DNA from: a virus
IMG/VR virus record: IMGVR_UViG_3300012943_000002
Span: 1 to 64,000 of that record
DNA: 64,000 bases
Direction: 5' to 3' (one strand)
The notes below the pieces were generated by a model. That model saw only the letters and a program-made list of their open reading frames with translations, was not told the DNA's origin and ran no database searches. The position numbers and the translations under genes are program-made. This document shows positions 1 through 10,401 of this stretch, piece after piece (the first letter of the stretch is position 1; the number at the start of each line of letters is the position of its first letter).

Positions 1-2
1 CA

Positions 3-200
3 ATGCAATTGCATAATAATGGTAGTATACCTTCAATGATAGATACTGGATCATTATCAGGTGAATTTGATACTAAAAAAGTATTAGAAATAATGCAACA
101 GCAGAATATAGTGTTTGCAGAACAAAATCCAGAGATTACAAGTACTATAGATTTCATATTAAAAGATGCAAAGAAAATATATAATTGGATAATAGAATGA
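3..200 (+). CDS. Hypothetical protein, probably truncated by the window edge
   Basis: ORF track; overlaps the next gene, on the module strand. Confidence 0.5.
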   Translation: MQLHNNGSIPSMIDTGSLSGEFDTKKVLEIMQQQNIVFAEQNPEITSTIDFILKDAKKIYNWIIE

Positions 201-475
201 TAAAATCAGTTAAGAAAACCAATAGAATATCTCTACAGGACTTACAAACTCTTAATACAGAACAAGAGAGATGTAAGAAAAGTCCTTTATACTTTTATAA
301 TACTTATATTAGAAAAGAAGGACAACCTGTACTCACTCAAGAAGAATATGATAAATTAATGAAAGAGTGGGAAGATGCTAGATATTCTACTACTTTGAAG
401 AAAAGAGATGGTAATACTATATACATGAAACCTATAAATATTAAAGATAATGAACAACAGAAAGAAAAAGAATAA
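185..475 (+). CDS. Hypothetical protein (likely start ATG 197)
   Basis: ORF track; ATGA overlap with the previous stop; ERCKKSPLYFYNTY resembles the terminase N-terminal 'KCxxDPxYF' motif. Confidence 0.6.
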   Translation: MDNRMIKSVKKTNRISLQDLQTLNTEQERCKKSPLYFYNTYIRKEGQPVLTQEEYDKLMKEWEDARYSTTLKKRDGNTIYMKPINIKDNEQQKEKE

Positions 476-578
476 AAGAGGTAAGAATCCTAGACAATGG
501 GTAATACAATATATTAAGGAAAATCTAGAGAAGAATCAACCTAGATGTAAAGTACTTCATCTAACAGAAAATCAATAA
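450..578 (+). CDS. Small basic hypothetical protein (42 aa), not in ORF track
   Basis: Manual translation MNNRKKKNKRGKNPRQWVIQ...ENQ*; fills a gap in a tightly packed operon. Confidence 0.5.
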   Translation: MNNRKKKNKRGKNPRQWVIQYIKENLEKNQPRCKVLHLTENQ

Positions 579-579
579 T

Positions 580-717
580 ATGAAACCACAGGTATTAATA
601 GATTTAGAAGAATATAATGAATTAATTAGAAAGTCTAATAGAGATGTATCTGAAATAGATATGGAAGGACTAAAGAAACAAATTAAAGAAGATATAGAGA
701 AATTATGCCATCAATAG
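580..717 (+). CDS. Small hypothetical protein (45 aa), not in ORF track
   Basis: Manual translation MKPQVLIDLEEYNELIRKS...LCHQ*; starts 1 nt after the previous stop and overlaps the next start. Confidence 0.55.
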   Translation: MKPQVLIDLEEYNELIRKSNRDVSEIDMEGLKKQIKEDIEKLCHQ

Positions 718-1073
718 ATACTGATAAATTAATTAAGGAATATTGGGAGCAAGTAAAAGAAAAATATCCTAACTTTACTTTTGAACAGTTTGAGAAGGTA
801 TGTAAAGCTCCTTTTTATTTCTTTAAAAACTGTATGGAGAGTGAAGGAACTCCTGTAATTCATATAAAGTATCTAGGCAAGTTTAGATTGTTTCCTAAAA
901 GTATTAGATGGTTAATTAGGGTTAACAATAAGAGAAAGGATAGAGGATTTATAACTGAGGAAGAGTATTTGAAAAGAGATGAAGACTATCAATTTAAACT
1001 TAAAGAAGCTATAGAGTATGAAAATAGTAGAGGAAATAAAAAAGATATGGAAGGGGGAGAGGAGGAAGATTGA
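705..1073 (+). CDS. HU/IHF-like DNA-binding protein (crAss type)
   Basis: Helical N-terminus, then VIHIKYLGKF resembling the HU/IHF 'V.l.gfG.F' strand; such genes are common in crAss-like virion modules. Confidence 0.55.
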   Translation: MPSIDTDKLIKEYWEQVKEKYPNFTFEQFEKVCKAPFYFFKNCMESEGTPVIHIKYLGKFRLFPKSIRWLIRVNNKRKDRGFITEEEYLKRDEDYQFKLKEAIEYENSRGNKKDMEGGEEED

Positions 1074-1365
1074 TATATGGTACTACTTGCAAGGCATGTA
1101 TCGGTATAAGATATATTATTCTTCTAAGTTAAAAAGGGTTGCTTTAAGGAAACATATAAAGGAACAAATAGATTATAGGATCAGGATAATGAATCCACAG
1201 TGTTATTTTAAGGGATCATGTGTGATGTGTGGATGCATGACTACTGCTTTACAAATGTGTGATAAGCCATGTGAAGGAGATTGTTATCCATCAATGATGA
1301 ATAAAAAACAATGGAAAGTATATAAATTATATATGCACTATAAAATTAAAGAAGATAATGTTTAG
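1018..1365 (+). CDS. Cys-rich putative Zn-binding protein
   Basis: C-x4-SCVMCGC-x7-CDKPCEGDCYP cluster. Confidence 0.6.
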   Translation: MKIVEEIKKIWKGERRKIDIWYYLQGMYRYKIYYSSKLKRVALRKHIKEQIDYRIRIMNPQCYFKGSCVMCGCMTTALQMCDKPCEGDCYPSMMNKKQWKVYKLYMHYKIKEDNV

Positions 1366-1660
1366 AGAACCAAAGACACTAAGTATTAATGCAAAGGTAG
1401 GAAAGGAAGAAACATTTTATTTTTACTATGATAATATCTCTTTAGTAACTAAGATAGTATCAAGTTGTGGATGTACAGGAGTTAAGAATCAGGTATATGA
1501 GAATAGAATAGTAGCTCATTATCTACCCAAAGAAATACCAGTACATTTACAATCTCAAGGACACTATAGTACTATACAAACTATTACAGTTACTTATAAA
1601 GATAATGAAGATAAAGAGCAAGTAGAGGATTTAGTATTTACAGCTAAAGTATCAAGATAA
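1358..1660 (+). CDS. DUF1573-like Ig-fold protein
   Basis: VTKIVSSCGCT matches the DUF1573 'SCGCT' signature; beta-rich, ~100 aa. Confidence 0.6.
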   Translation: MFREPKTLSINAKVGKEETFYFYYDNISLVTKIVSSCGCTGVKNQVYENRIVAHYLPKEIPVHLQSQGHYSTIQTITVTYKDNEDKEQVEDLVFTAKVSR

Positions 1661-2103
1661 TGGAACTAGTATTAGAAAGAAAAATCCATAATGCAGATAG
1701 TACCGAAGGTAATCTGTATATAAATGGTAAATGGTTTTGTAATACTATAGAAGATGTAGTAAGAGCAAAGCCCGGTGAGTGGAAAGCTAGCTTAAAAGTG
1801 TATGCTAAGACAGCTATACCTTATGGTATATATCCTGTATTAGTTACATGGAGCAATAGATTTAAAAGAATGCTTACAGGAGTATTTAATGTGCCTGACT
1901 TTAGTGGTATTAGAATACATAATGGAACTAGTGAATTATCTAGTGCAGGTTGTATAATAGTATCATACAAAGATGATGATGAAAACAATAGACTTATTAA
2001 TGACAAAGGGGCAATGAATGATTTAGTAGATATAATAAGTAAGGTGCAGCAAACAGAAAAAGTAACTTTAAAAATAGTAGATAAATTTATACAAAATGGA
2101 TAA
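1660..2103 (+). CDS. DUF5675-family L,D-peptidase-like protein, putative endolysin
   Basis: STEGNLYING..FCNTIED, TAIPYGIY, FSGIRIHNG..SSAGCIIV (His/Cys motif of DUF5675). Confidence 0.8.
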   Translation: MELVLERKIHNADSTEGNLYINGKWFCNTIEDVVRAKPGEWKASLKVYAKTAIPYGIYPVLVTWSNRFKRMLTGVFNVPDFSGIRIHNGTSELSSAGCIIVSYKDDDENNRLINDKGAMNDLVDIISKVQQTEKVTLKIVDKFIQNG

Positions 2104-2323
2104 CGTAGTATTAGATGTGTATGATAAGGGTGTAATATTATCACTACTTAAATGGTTAAGAAATGATAATACAGCTAATAGAATATTTAATTATCAGATA
2201 CTTAAAGAAAATATGGAAGTAGCTACAGAGGAAGATATTTTAGAATTGTTTACTAAAAATCATCATACTACTACTAAAAGTTATAGTGTAGAGTATTCAA
2301 TATTAAAAGATACAGAAAATTAA
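2096..2323 (+). CDS. Hypothetical protein
   Basis: ORF track; packed in operon. Confidence 0.55.
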   Translation: MDNVVLDVYDKGVILSLLKWLRNDNTANRIFNYQILKENMEVATEEDILELFTKNHHTTTKSYSVEYSILKDTEN

Positions 2324-2327
2324 ACTT

Positions 2328-2879
2328 ATGGATTTATTTGAAATAGTGAATGGATATGTAGTTCCTAGTGTACATGCTTTGCTTATAGAGCCTTTTAAAA
2401 GTATGTGGGAAAAAGATACTTCTAATAATAATGAAGATAGTATAAAGATATTCACTTATATAGAATTAATGTGTTCTCCTAAGAAATCTAATCCCTTTAT
2501 AGGCTATTTAGAAGAAGAGAGACCAGCTAAAGTAAAAAAGCAAGTGTGGGGAGATGAGGAGTATCCAATAGATACAGACACTGTATTTGCTATACTTAAA
2601 TATAAGGAATTACTGTCAGAATCTAGTCCTTCCTATGATTTATATATAAGTGCTGTTAATGCAGTACAGAAACTAAGAAGTTTTTTAGATACTTTTGATC
2701 CAGATGAGAGAAATAGGTCTGGAACATTAGTGTTAAAACCTAAAGATATAACAAGTGCATTGAAAGATTTAGATGAAGTAGGTAAGAATATGGAATCTGC
2801 AAGAGATAGAGTACATACAGAATTAATACAAAGTTCAAAGACTAGAAATCAAAGAGAAATTGGAGACTACGAAAGATAA
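2328..2879 (+). CDS. Conserved crAss-like protein upstream of terminase (candidate small terminase)
   Basis: 183-aa helical protein directly before TerL; function inferred from position only. Confidence 0.5.
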   Translation: MDLFEIVNGYVVPSVHALLIEPFKSMWEKDTSNNNEDSIKIFTYIELMCSPKKSNPFIGYLEEERPAKVKKQVWGDEEYPIDTDTVFAILKYKELLSESSPSYDLYISAVNAVQKLRSFLDTFDPDERNRSGTLVLKPKDITSALKDLDEVGKNMESARDRVHTELIQSSKTRNQREIGDYER

Positions 2880-2899
2880 AAAACACAATTTTAGTTAAA

Positions 2900-2925
2900 A
2901 ATGGCTACCAAAAACGGTAGCCATT
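2900..2925. promoter_or_regulatory. Perfect 10-bp inverted repeat upstream of terL
   Basis: AATGGCTACC-AAAAAC-GGTAGCCATT; no U-tract on the + strand. Confidence 0.55.
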
Positions 2926-5176
2926 GGTGTATATAGACATAGATGATATGAAAAATGTAATATTACCTACTGAAAGAATTAGAGATAGCGATGGCAAATG
3001 GCTAAACAGTAATGTATTTAGGGAGGAAGCTATTAAATTTATGTCTACTAAGTCTTATTGTAGAGACCCTAAAGGTACACCTTCTTATTTGGAGTATTGG
3101 GACGAGCAATTAGAGAGATGTAAGAAAGGTTATAGTGTAAATGGACATAAAATTACTGGACATCATTATTCTTATCTTAATTTTTCAGAGATACAGGTAG
3201 TTAAACCCGGAGAAGACCCGGAAAGTAGAACATCTAAGAAGATAACTAAGTGTCCTGACTTTTGGGATGGTGATTATGATTACTATTGGGCATTAGAGAT
3301 AGCTAGAAATGGTTTATTTACTAGAGATGCACTAGCTACTACTGACTTAGAAAAAGATGTATATAGGCATCTACCATTGGAGCAGCAAGCTAAAGAAAAG
3401 CAGAGAATACTTAAAAGACTAGGATTAAGAGTAGTACCTCATCCAGATTTTCTAGATGGTGGTTATCACATGATTATAGGTAAAAGTAGACGTAAAGGTT
3501 ACTCTTTTAAGAATGCAGATATATGTAAGAATGTATACAATACAGTAAGAGAATCTTTAACTGTAATTGGTGCATTTGATAAGAAGTATTTATATCCTAA
3601 AGGAACTATGGGTATGGCTTCTAAGTATCTATCTTTTCTTAATAAGAATACTGCATGGAGTAAAGCTAGAGAATATGTAGATAAACAAGAGCATAAGAGA
3701 GCATCATTCGCTGAAAGTAGAGAAGGTGTTAAGATAGAGGCAGGATACATGAGTGAAATAATGGCTGTTACCTTTAAAGATAATCCACAAGCAGCTAGAG
3801 GTAAAGATGCTGTATATGTATTGTTGGAAGAAGCCGGAGCTTTTCCTAATCTTAAAGATAGTTTCAATGCTACTGCTCCGGGGCTATCAGCAGGTAAATA
3901 TATTACAGGTCAGATACTTATATTTGGTACAGGTGGAGATATGGAAAGTGGAACAGTAGATTTTTCTGATATGTTTTACAATCCTATACAGTATGGATTA
4001 ATGCCATTTGTAAATATATGGGATGAGAATGCAGAGAATAGTTATTGTGGATTCTTCCATCCAGTTAATCTTAACATGGAAGGATTTTATGATGAACAGG
4101 GTAACAGTGATGTAGAAGGGGCTAGAGCATACGAGTTATCTATAAGAGCTAGCATTATAAAGAACTCTACTTCATCTAATGCTATTCAATCTAGAGTACA
4201 AGAGTATTCATTGTGTCCAGCAGAAGCTTTTCTAACTGTAAATACTAATGATTTTCCTGTAATAGAATTAAGACAGCAATTTAATAAGGTAAAAAGAGAG
4301 AACCTTAATTTGGTAATGGGACAACCTTGTTATCTAAGTAGAGAAGGTAAAGCTGAACTAAGTAATGTTAAGGTAAATCCTGATGGTACTATATCTGATT
4401 ATGGAATATATAAGTCTGGTATTAAAATTAATATAGATTTAGATAATCAACTAGAACCTATATGGGATTATAAAGTAAAAAGTAAAGATTTAAGAGGTTC
4501 AGTTATAATATATGAACAACCAGTATATAATCCTCCGAAAGGTTTATATAAAATAGGATTTGACCCTTATAGACAGGTACTTGGAACTTCACTGGCAGCA
4601 GTATATGTGTATAAAACAGTAAGAAGAGGAGATGCTACTATGAATATTATAGTAGCTCAGTATATAGGAAGACCATATTCTCCTGACGAGGTAAATAGGA
4701 TAGCTGAAATGCTTGCAGAGTTGTATAATTGTGAAATAATGCATGAAAATGAGGTAACTCATGTTAAAGGATACTTTGAAAAAAGAAAAAAATTACATTT
4801 ATTAGCTGCTCAACCTGATACTGTTATATCTGCTAATATTAAAAATAGTGGTGTAGCTAGGGTATATGGTATACACATGGTAGAAAAGCTTAAAGATGCA
4901 GGTGAAAAGTATATAAAAGAGTGGTTATTGACTGTTAGAGGCTACGATAGTGTAACTGGAGAGGCAATTTTGAACCTACATACCATTTATGATCCCGGAT
5001 TGTTAGAAGAATTGATACTATATAATAGGAAAGGTAACTTTGATAGGGTGATGGCTTTCATGATGGTGATGTTTCAAGTAGAGGAAGACACACAAGAGTC
5101 CTACTCTGAAAATTATATTAATGAAAATGCAAAAGATTTATTAGATTTGATAAAAAATCAGTTTACTAATGGATAA
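2924..5176 (+). CDS. terL: Terminase large subunit (likely start ATG 2948)
   Basis: Walker A GKSRRKGYSFK, Walker B LLEEAG, FGTGG coupling motif, nuclease IGFDPY and C-terminal GNFDRVMA. Confidence 0.95.
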   Translation: MVYIDIDDMKNVILPTERIRDSDGKWLNSNVFREEAIKFMSTKSYCRDPKGTPSYLEYWDEQLERCKKGYSVNGHKITGHHYSYLNFSEIQVVKPGEDPESRTSKKITKCPDFWDGDYDYYWALEIARNGLFTRDALATTDLEKDVYRHLPLEQQAKEKQRILKRLGLRVVPHPDFLDGGYHMIIGKSRRKGYSFKNADICKNVYNTVRESLTVIGAFDKKYLYPKGTMGMASKYLSFLNKNTAWSKAREYVDKQEHKRASFAESREGVKIEAGYMSEIMAVTFKDNPQAARGKDAVYVLLEEAGAFPNLKDSFNATAPGLSAGKYITGQILIFGTGGDMESGTVDFSDMFYNPIQYGLMPFVNIWDENAENSYCGFFHPVNLNMEGFYDEQGNSDVEGARAYELSIRASIIKNSTSSNAIQSRVQEYSLCPAEAFLTVNTNDFPVIELRQQFNKVKRENLNLVMGQPCYLSREGKAELSNVKVNPDGTISDYGIYKSGIKINIDLDNQLEPIWDYKVKSKDLRGSVIIYEQPVYNPPKGLYKIGFDPYRQVLGTSLAAVYVYKTVRRGDATMNIIVAQYIGRPYSPDEVNRIAEMLAELYNCEIMHENEVTHVKGYFEKRKKLHLLAAQPDTVISANIKNSGVARVYGIHMVEKLKDAGEKYIKEWLLTVRGYDSVTGEAILNLHTIYDPGLLEELILYNRKGNFDRVMAFMMVMFQVEEDTQESYSENYINENAKDLLDLIKNQFTNG

Positions 5177-7610
5177 AAATATTTATTCTACCAAAATTAA
5201 CAAGGCTAGACTGACTCAAAGAGAGAAAGATGCTAATGATTTCCAATATTATAAGGATATGGCTGATAATCTTGACAGATTTTCTACCGGAAGCATCTTT
5301 GACAGCTCTTATGGGGCTTACAGGCGTATGAATAAGAAGGTAAACTATGATCTTTTTAATGATATTATAGATAATAAGGATTTTGCTTACGTTTGTCAAC
5401 CTTTTGGAGCAGAAACAGGGCAGTTACCAGCTAATTTTGCTAATAGAGACATCTGTTCAGGTAAAATAAAGGTTTTGTTAGGAATGGAGATGAAAATGCC
5501 ATTCTCTTGGAAAGTAATAGCTGTAAATGAGGAAGCTACAACTAGAAAAGAAAAAGAAGAGTATGGTAGGATAAGTCAATTTGTCACTAATGAGATAATG
5601 AGACCTATTCAAATGCAAATAGCTCAACAAGCACAAGAACAAGCTAAAGGACAAAAACTAACACCAGAAGATCAACAAAACTTACAACAGCAGATAGCAG
5701 AGCAGACACAAGCTCAAACTCCTGATGAAGTTAGGAGATATATGTCTAGGGAACATCAAGACCCTGCTGAGGTAATGCACCAACAACTGCTTAGGTACTT
5801 GATACAAAAGGAAAGAATACCAGAAAAATTTAATAAAGGGTTTAAACATCTTAACTTAGGAGCTAAAGAAGTATATCACATAGGTATATTTAATGATGAA
5901 CCTAAACTTACTGTAGTTAATACATTAAGATTTAGACATGATGAATCACCAGAGCTAGATTATATAGAAGATGGAGATTGGGCAGTTAATGAGCTGTGGA
6001 TGACTCCTAATCAAGTACTTAATAGTTTTACTACTGAACTAACACCTAAGCAAATAGATAAAATATTTTCTTCTGAAAGTTCAAGAGGGGCTGGAAGTAT
6101 AACTAATGCAGATTTTAGTCCTATGTATAATGGAGAAGATACTATTAATACTATTAGAGTACTGCATAGTAACTGGAAAGCTCCTCAAAAGATAGGTTTC
6201 CTATTATACTTGGATGAACAAACTGGAGAAGAAGAGTTAATGTTAGTAGATGAAAACTATAAGTTTAATCCTGAACATGGAGATATAGAATTATCATGGG
6301 AATGGATACCAGAGGCTCACGAAGTATATAAGATATTGGATGATATATATGTATATCCTAGACCAGTTCCGGGACAAAATAGAGATTTAGATAACCTATT
6401 TAACTCCAAGCTGTCTTACTATGGAGCATCTTGTGATGATCTAAATAGTACTGCTACTTGTCCTATGGATAGAATGAAACCTTATCAATACTATTATGAT
6501 GTAGTAATGTATAGGATAGAGTTGCTTATGGCTAGTGATAAAGGTAAAATATTAGCTGCTAATATAAATGCTATTCCAAAGTCAGCAGGGATAAATATTA
6601 AGAAGTTTATGTATTATATGGAGGCTAATAAAATAGCTTTCTTTAATCCTAAAGAAGAAGGTAATAGAGCAGGAGGAGATATAGTTAATATGGTTAAGGA
6701 AATAGATATGGGTCTGGTTAGTGATATAATGAAATACATTAACTTTGCTGAATACCTAGAAAGAAAATGTGGAGCTAGTATGGGTATTACACCACAGATG
6801 GAAGCTCAAATTGGTCCTAATGAAGCAGTACAGAATACTCAACAGAACTTAATACAATCTTCTCATATTATACAGCCTTATTTTGAGCTACATAATAATG
6901 TAAAGAGGAATGTATTACAGGGTTTACTAGAAACAGCTAAAGTAGCTTATAGTACTGGCAGACAAAGAAAGCTTTCTTATGTATTAGATGATTTATCTGT
7001 ACAAATACTAACTGTAGATCAGGGTATGTTAGATGCTACTACAGTAGGATTATTTGTATCTAATAGTTCTAAAGCTGATGAAGCTAAGAGAGCTATAATA
7101 GGTTTGGCTCAAGCTGCTATGCAAAATCAACAAGCTGATTTGTTAGATATAGTTAAGATTATTAAATCTGATGATATTAATGAAGCAGAAGAATGGTTAG
7201 AAGTATCTCAACAAAAATCACAAGAACAACAGCAAGCTAGTGATAGTGCTAAGATAAAACAGCAGAAAGATGCTGAAATAAGAGCAGATACTTTAATGAG
7301 AGATGGATGGCAACATGAGGAAGATATGATAATCCTTAAAGCTACTGAAGAAAGAAAAACTAAGCTACAAGTAGAAGCTATGGCAGCTATGGGATTCGAT
7401 GTTAATAAGGATGAAGATAGTGATGGAGTACCTGATGTGTTAGAAGTATATAAATATGGTTTAGATGCTGATATAAAGAACAAACAAGTACAGCAGACTG
7501 ATAGGAAGCTTAGTTTAGAGGAAGATAAGTTTGCACACCAGAAGGCTAATGATAAAGTAAAAAATCAATTAGAACAAAAGAAGATAGATAAACCAGCTAG
7601 CAAATCATAA
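5169..7610 (+). CDS. Portal protein
   Basis: 813 aa directly after TerL; GKIKVLLG, Q-rich coil and MGITPQMEAQIG..EAVQN typical of crAss-like portals. Confidence 0.9.
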   Translation: MDKNIYSTKINKARLTQREKDANDFQYYKDMADNLDRFSTGSIFDSSYGAYRRMNKKVNYDLFNDIIDNKDFAYVCQPFGAETGQLPANFANRDICSGKIKVLLGMEMKMPFSWKVIAVNEEATTRKEKEEYGRISQFVTNEIMRPIQMQIAQQAQEQAKGQKLTPEDQQNLQQQIAEQTQAQTPDEVRRYMSREHQDPAEVMHQQLLRYLIQKERIPEKFNKGFKHLNLGAKEVYHIGIFNDEPKLTVVNTLRFRHDESPELDYIEDGDWAVNELWMTPNQVLNSFTTELTPKQIDKIFSSESSRGAGSITNADFSPMYNGEDTINTIRVLHSNWKAPQKIGFLLYLDEQTGEEELMLVDENYKFNPEHGDIELSWEWIPEAHEVYKILDDIYVYPRPVPGQNRDLDNLFNSKLSYYGASCDDLNSTATCPMDRMKPYQYYYDVVMYRIELLMASDKGKILAANINAIPKSAGINIKKFMYYMEANKIAFFNPKEEGNRAGGDIVNMVKEIDMGLVSDIMKYINFAEYLERKCGASMGITPQMEAQIGPNEAVQNTQQNLIQSSHIIQPYFELHNNVKRNVLQGLLETAKVAYSTGRQRKLSYVLDDLSVQILTVDQGMLDATTVGLFVSNSSKADEAKRAIIGLAQAAMQNQQADLLDIVKIIKSDDINEAEEWLEVSQQKSQEQQQASDSAKIKQQKDAEIRADTLMRDGWQHEEDMIILKATEERKTKLQVEAMAAMGFDVNKDEDSDGVPDVLEVYKYGLDADIKNKQVQQTDRKLSLEEDKFAHQKANDKVKNQLEQKKIDKPASKS

Positions 7611-7690
7611 AATAGCTATATACAAAAGCACAGATTACATTTTAAAACTGTAAAAAATTCAATTTTTAAACTTAAATTTACTTCAAGATT

Positions 7691-8917
7691 ATGGCAACAG
7701 AAAACAAGGGCACAGGAAACACATTACTAGATGATTTTTCCTTAGATGATGGCGATGAATTTGATTTCGCCAGTTCAAGTGGAATACTACAAGATAAAAA
7801 GAAAACAGTAGTAGTACCTAAGAAGGTAGAAGATAAACAGGATGAAGATGAAGATGAGAACGAGGAAGGTACAGAAGGTAAAACAGTTGAGAAAGGTACA
7901 AAAGCTAAAAAGAAAGTAGAAAAGACAGAAGATGAAGATGAGGATATAAACTTTGATGAGGAAGATGATGATGATGACAAAGTTGTTAAAACTGAAAAGG
8001 TAGAAGGTAAGAAAGCAGATGAAGATGCGGGAGATAAACAAGAAGGTCTTTCTTTTACTGATTTAGCTGCTGATCTAAAAGATAAAGGAATATTCAACAA
8101 TGTTGAGATAGCCGAAGACAAAGAGTTAACAGAAGAAGAGTTCTTTAAAATGCATGATGATGAAATAGAGAGCAGAGTAACTGAAACTTTTGAGGCTATT
8201 TTTGAAGAGTTAGGTAAAGAAGGTTCTGATTTCTTAAAGTATGTTGGAAATGGTGGAAATCCTAGAACATTCCTTGCTAAAATTAGTAATAGATTTAACC
8301 TAGATGAGCTAGATACAGATAATGATGCACAGGTTAATAAAACACTAAAACATTATCTTATCAACTTTGAAAAAATAGATGATGAAGATATTGATGATAA
8401 AATGAAGTGGTTAGAGGATAGTGGCAAGAAAAAAGCTTACGCTACTAAATATTTCAAGATCATTAAAGAGACAGAAAAGGAAGAAGAAGCTGAAGCGTTG
8501 GCATTACAAGAGCAAGCATTTAAAGCTAAACAGGCTCAAGTAAAAGAGTTCAATGATACATTAAAAGAGGTTGTAGGTAATATAAAAACTGTAGGTTCTT
8601 TTAATGTAAATAAAACAGAACAAAAAAGTTTAGTAGATTATATCACTAAGCCAGTAGTTAAGGTAGGTAAGAATAAATACATACCTGAGTTTCAAGCTAA
8701 GTTGAGGAAAGTATTAGATGGTAAGACAGATAAGGATATGGAAAAGCTTGCTGTACTAGCTAAAATACTTAAAGAGGATTTTAAACTAGAAGACTTGGAA
8801 ACTAAGACAACTACAAAAGTTCTTGCAAAAACTAAATCAAGACTTGCTAGTAAGGGTAGCGTTATAAAAAGTATATCTTCTACTCCTAAATCTCTAGCAG
8901 ACTACATGGATTCATAA
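7691..8917 (+). CDS. Acidic protein between portal and MCP (putative scaffolding protein)
   Basis: D/E/K-rich N-terminus, helical C-terminus; conserved syntenic position in crAss-like phages. Confidence 0.7.
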   Translation: MATENKGTGNTLLDDFSLDDGDEFDFASSSGILQDKKKTVVVPKKVEDKQDEDEDENEEGTEGKTVEKGTKAKKKVEKTEDEDEDINFDEEDDDDDKVVKTEKVEGKKADEDAGDKQEGLSFTDLAADLKDKGIFNNVEIAEDKELTEEEFFKMHDDEIESRVTETFEAIFEELGKEGSDFLKYVGNGGNPRTFLAKISNRFNLDELDTDNDAQVNKTLKHYLINFEKIDDEDIDDKMKWLEDSGKKKAYATKYFKIIKETEKEEEAEALALQEQAFKAKQAQVKEFNDTLKEVVGNIKTVGSFNVNKTEQKSLVDYITKPVVKVGKNKYIPEFQAKLRKVLDGKTDKDMEKLAVLAKILKEDFKLEDLETKTTTKVLAKTKSRLASKGSVIKSISSTPKSLADYMDS

Positions 8918-8940
8918 AATAAAATTTTAAAAAATAAAAA

Positions 8941-10401
8941 ATGAGACTTAATAACCAACTTATAACAAAGCAGATGCCTTGGCACGCTAACATGACAGAG
9001 CTAAATCATTTAGGTGCAGCTCTATTAACTAAACCTACATTGTTTGAAGGTAAAATGAATCAGTTATTTACTGCTCATAGGTATTCTGACAACCCTCTAA
9101 CTACTTTGTTAAGTGGTAAGTCTGAGAAAACTATTAGTACAACTGAATGGGAATGGAAAATGAAAGGTGCTACTACAAGACCATTGGTTGTTGTAGAGAA
9201 TGTAGAACCATCTAGTAATACTACTCCTGGTAAGTTTAAGTCTTTATTTAAGATCAAGTTAGATGAGGATTGGTATATTCCCGGAGATGTAATCACTCCC
9301 GGTACTTCAAATAAAAAGTATCAGGTTAGGATACAATCTCAGCCAGTTAAACAGGGTAAGGGTACTGTATATGAAGTTAGAGGTAATTGGGATGATCCAC
9401 AGACATTTCTACCTGTACAATATTTGAATCCCGGACAGCAGTGGGCTAAACTCTTCTCTCAATATGAAGAAGCTGCTGAACAGTCAGGTAGTACTCAATA
9501 CGCTGGAGACATCGCATTGACAAGTAGGATGGGTAGGTATCGTAAACAATATAGAATCACAGGTGATGCTGCTCAGGAAGTTCTTGCAGTTAAAATGATG
9601 GATTCTAAAGGTAAGGCTCATTCTGGATGGATTGGTTATGCAGAAGTTGAATATTGGGAACAATGGTATCGTGAACTTGAAAGAGGTCGCTGGTATTCTC
9701 GTGCTACTACTACAGTGTTAGGTGCTAATGGTAGACCTACATATAGTGGATCTGGAGTACAGGAGTTACTGGAAGATTCACATCAGCATAGTTACTCTTA
9801 TTTGAGTGCTAGGTTGATAGAAGAGTTCTTGATGGATATATTCTACAGTAGGATTAAACCCGGTAAGCAACGTAAGATCAAAGCTTGGTCTGGTGAGTAT
9901 GGAATGGTTCAGTTCCACAGAGCTATCAATGATCTTAATGAAAAGAGAAAAGGATTTTTTAGTGTAGTAGATACCAACTTTATTGGTAAAACTACTTCAG
10001 AATATAATGAAAATGCTTTAGTAGCTGGATACCAGTTTACTAAGTATAGGATGGCTAATGGAGCAGAATTGGAATTGATTCACTGTCCTCTATATGATGA
10101 TAGAGAAATCAACTTTGAAATTGATCCTTTAAGTGGCTATCCTGTAGAATCTCAGAGAATTACATTCTTGGATTTCTCTAATCAAATGGGTGCAGATAGT
10201 AACATCACACTTGTGAACAAAGCAGATAGCTTTAAACTGGCTTATATATGTGGACTTCAAACTCCTTATGGTCCAGCTAACAAAGGCTTCCAAGCTCACA
10301 GTGGAGACTACTATGAAATGCATGTACAGAAACAAGAGGGTATTACTATAGAAGATATTTCAAGGTGTGGTGAATTAATACTTGAGAGATCAGCAGCATA
10401 A
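8941..10401 (+). CDS. Major capsid protein (crAss-type HK97 fold)
   Basis: 486 aa; MTELNHLG, EWEWKMKG, GSGVQELLE, GYQFTKY..NG..L.LIHCPLYDD motifs; synteny. Confidence 0.92.
   Translation: MRLNNQLITKQMPWHANMTELNHLGAALLTKPTLFEGKMNQLFTAHRYSDNPLTTLLSGKSEKTISTTEWEWKMKGATTRPLVVVENVEPSSNTTPGKFKSLFKIKLDEDWYIPGDVITPGTSNKKYQVRIQSQPVKQGKGTVYEVRGNWDDPQTFLPVQYLNPGQQWAKLFSQYEEAAEQSGSTQYAGDIALTSRMGRYRKQYRITGDAAQEVLAVKMMDSKGKAHSGWIGYAEVEYWEQWYRELERGRWYSRATTTVLGANGRPTYSGSGVQELLEDSHQHSYSYLSARLIEEFLMDIFYSRIKPGKQRKIKAWSGEYGMVQFHRAINDLNEKRKGFFSVVDTNFIGKTTSEYNENALVAGYQFTKYRMANGAELELIHCPLYDDREINFEIDPLSGYPVESQRITFLDFSNQMGADSNITLVNKADSFKLAYICGLQTPYGPANKGFQAHSGDYYEMHVQKQEGITIEDISRCGELILERSAA

Noticed and set aside
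7830-8030. GATGAA-type tandem repeats
   Set aside because: Explained by the Asp/Glu-rich low-complexity coding sequence of the putative scaffold.
2924-10401. Introns or inteins in terL, portal or MCP
   Set aside because: The ORFs are continuous, of expected size, and show no intein or homing-endonuclease motifs. The same holds for nrdJ.
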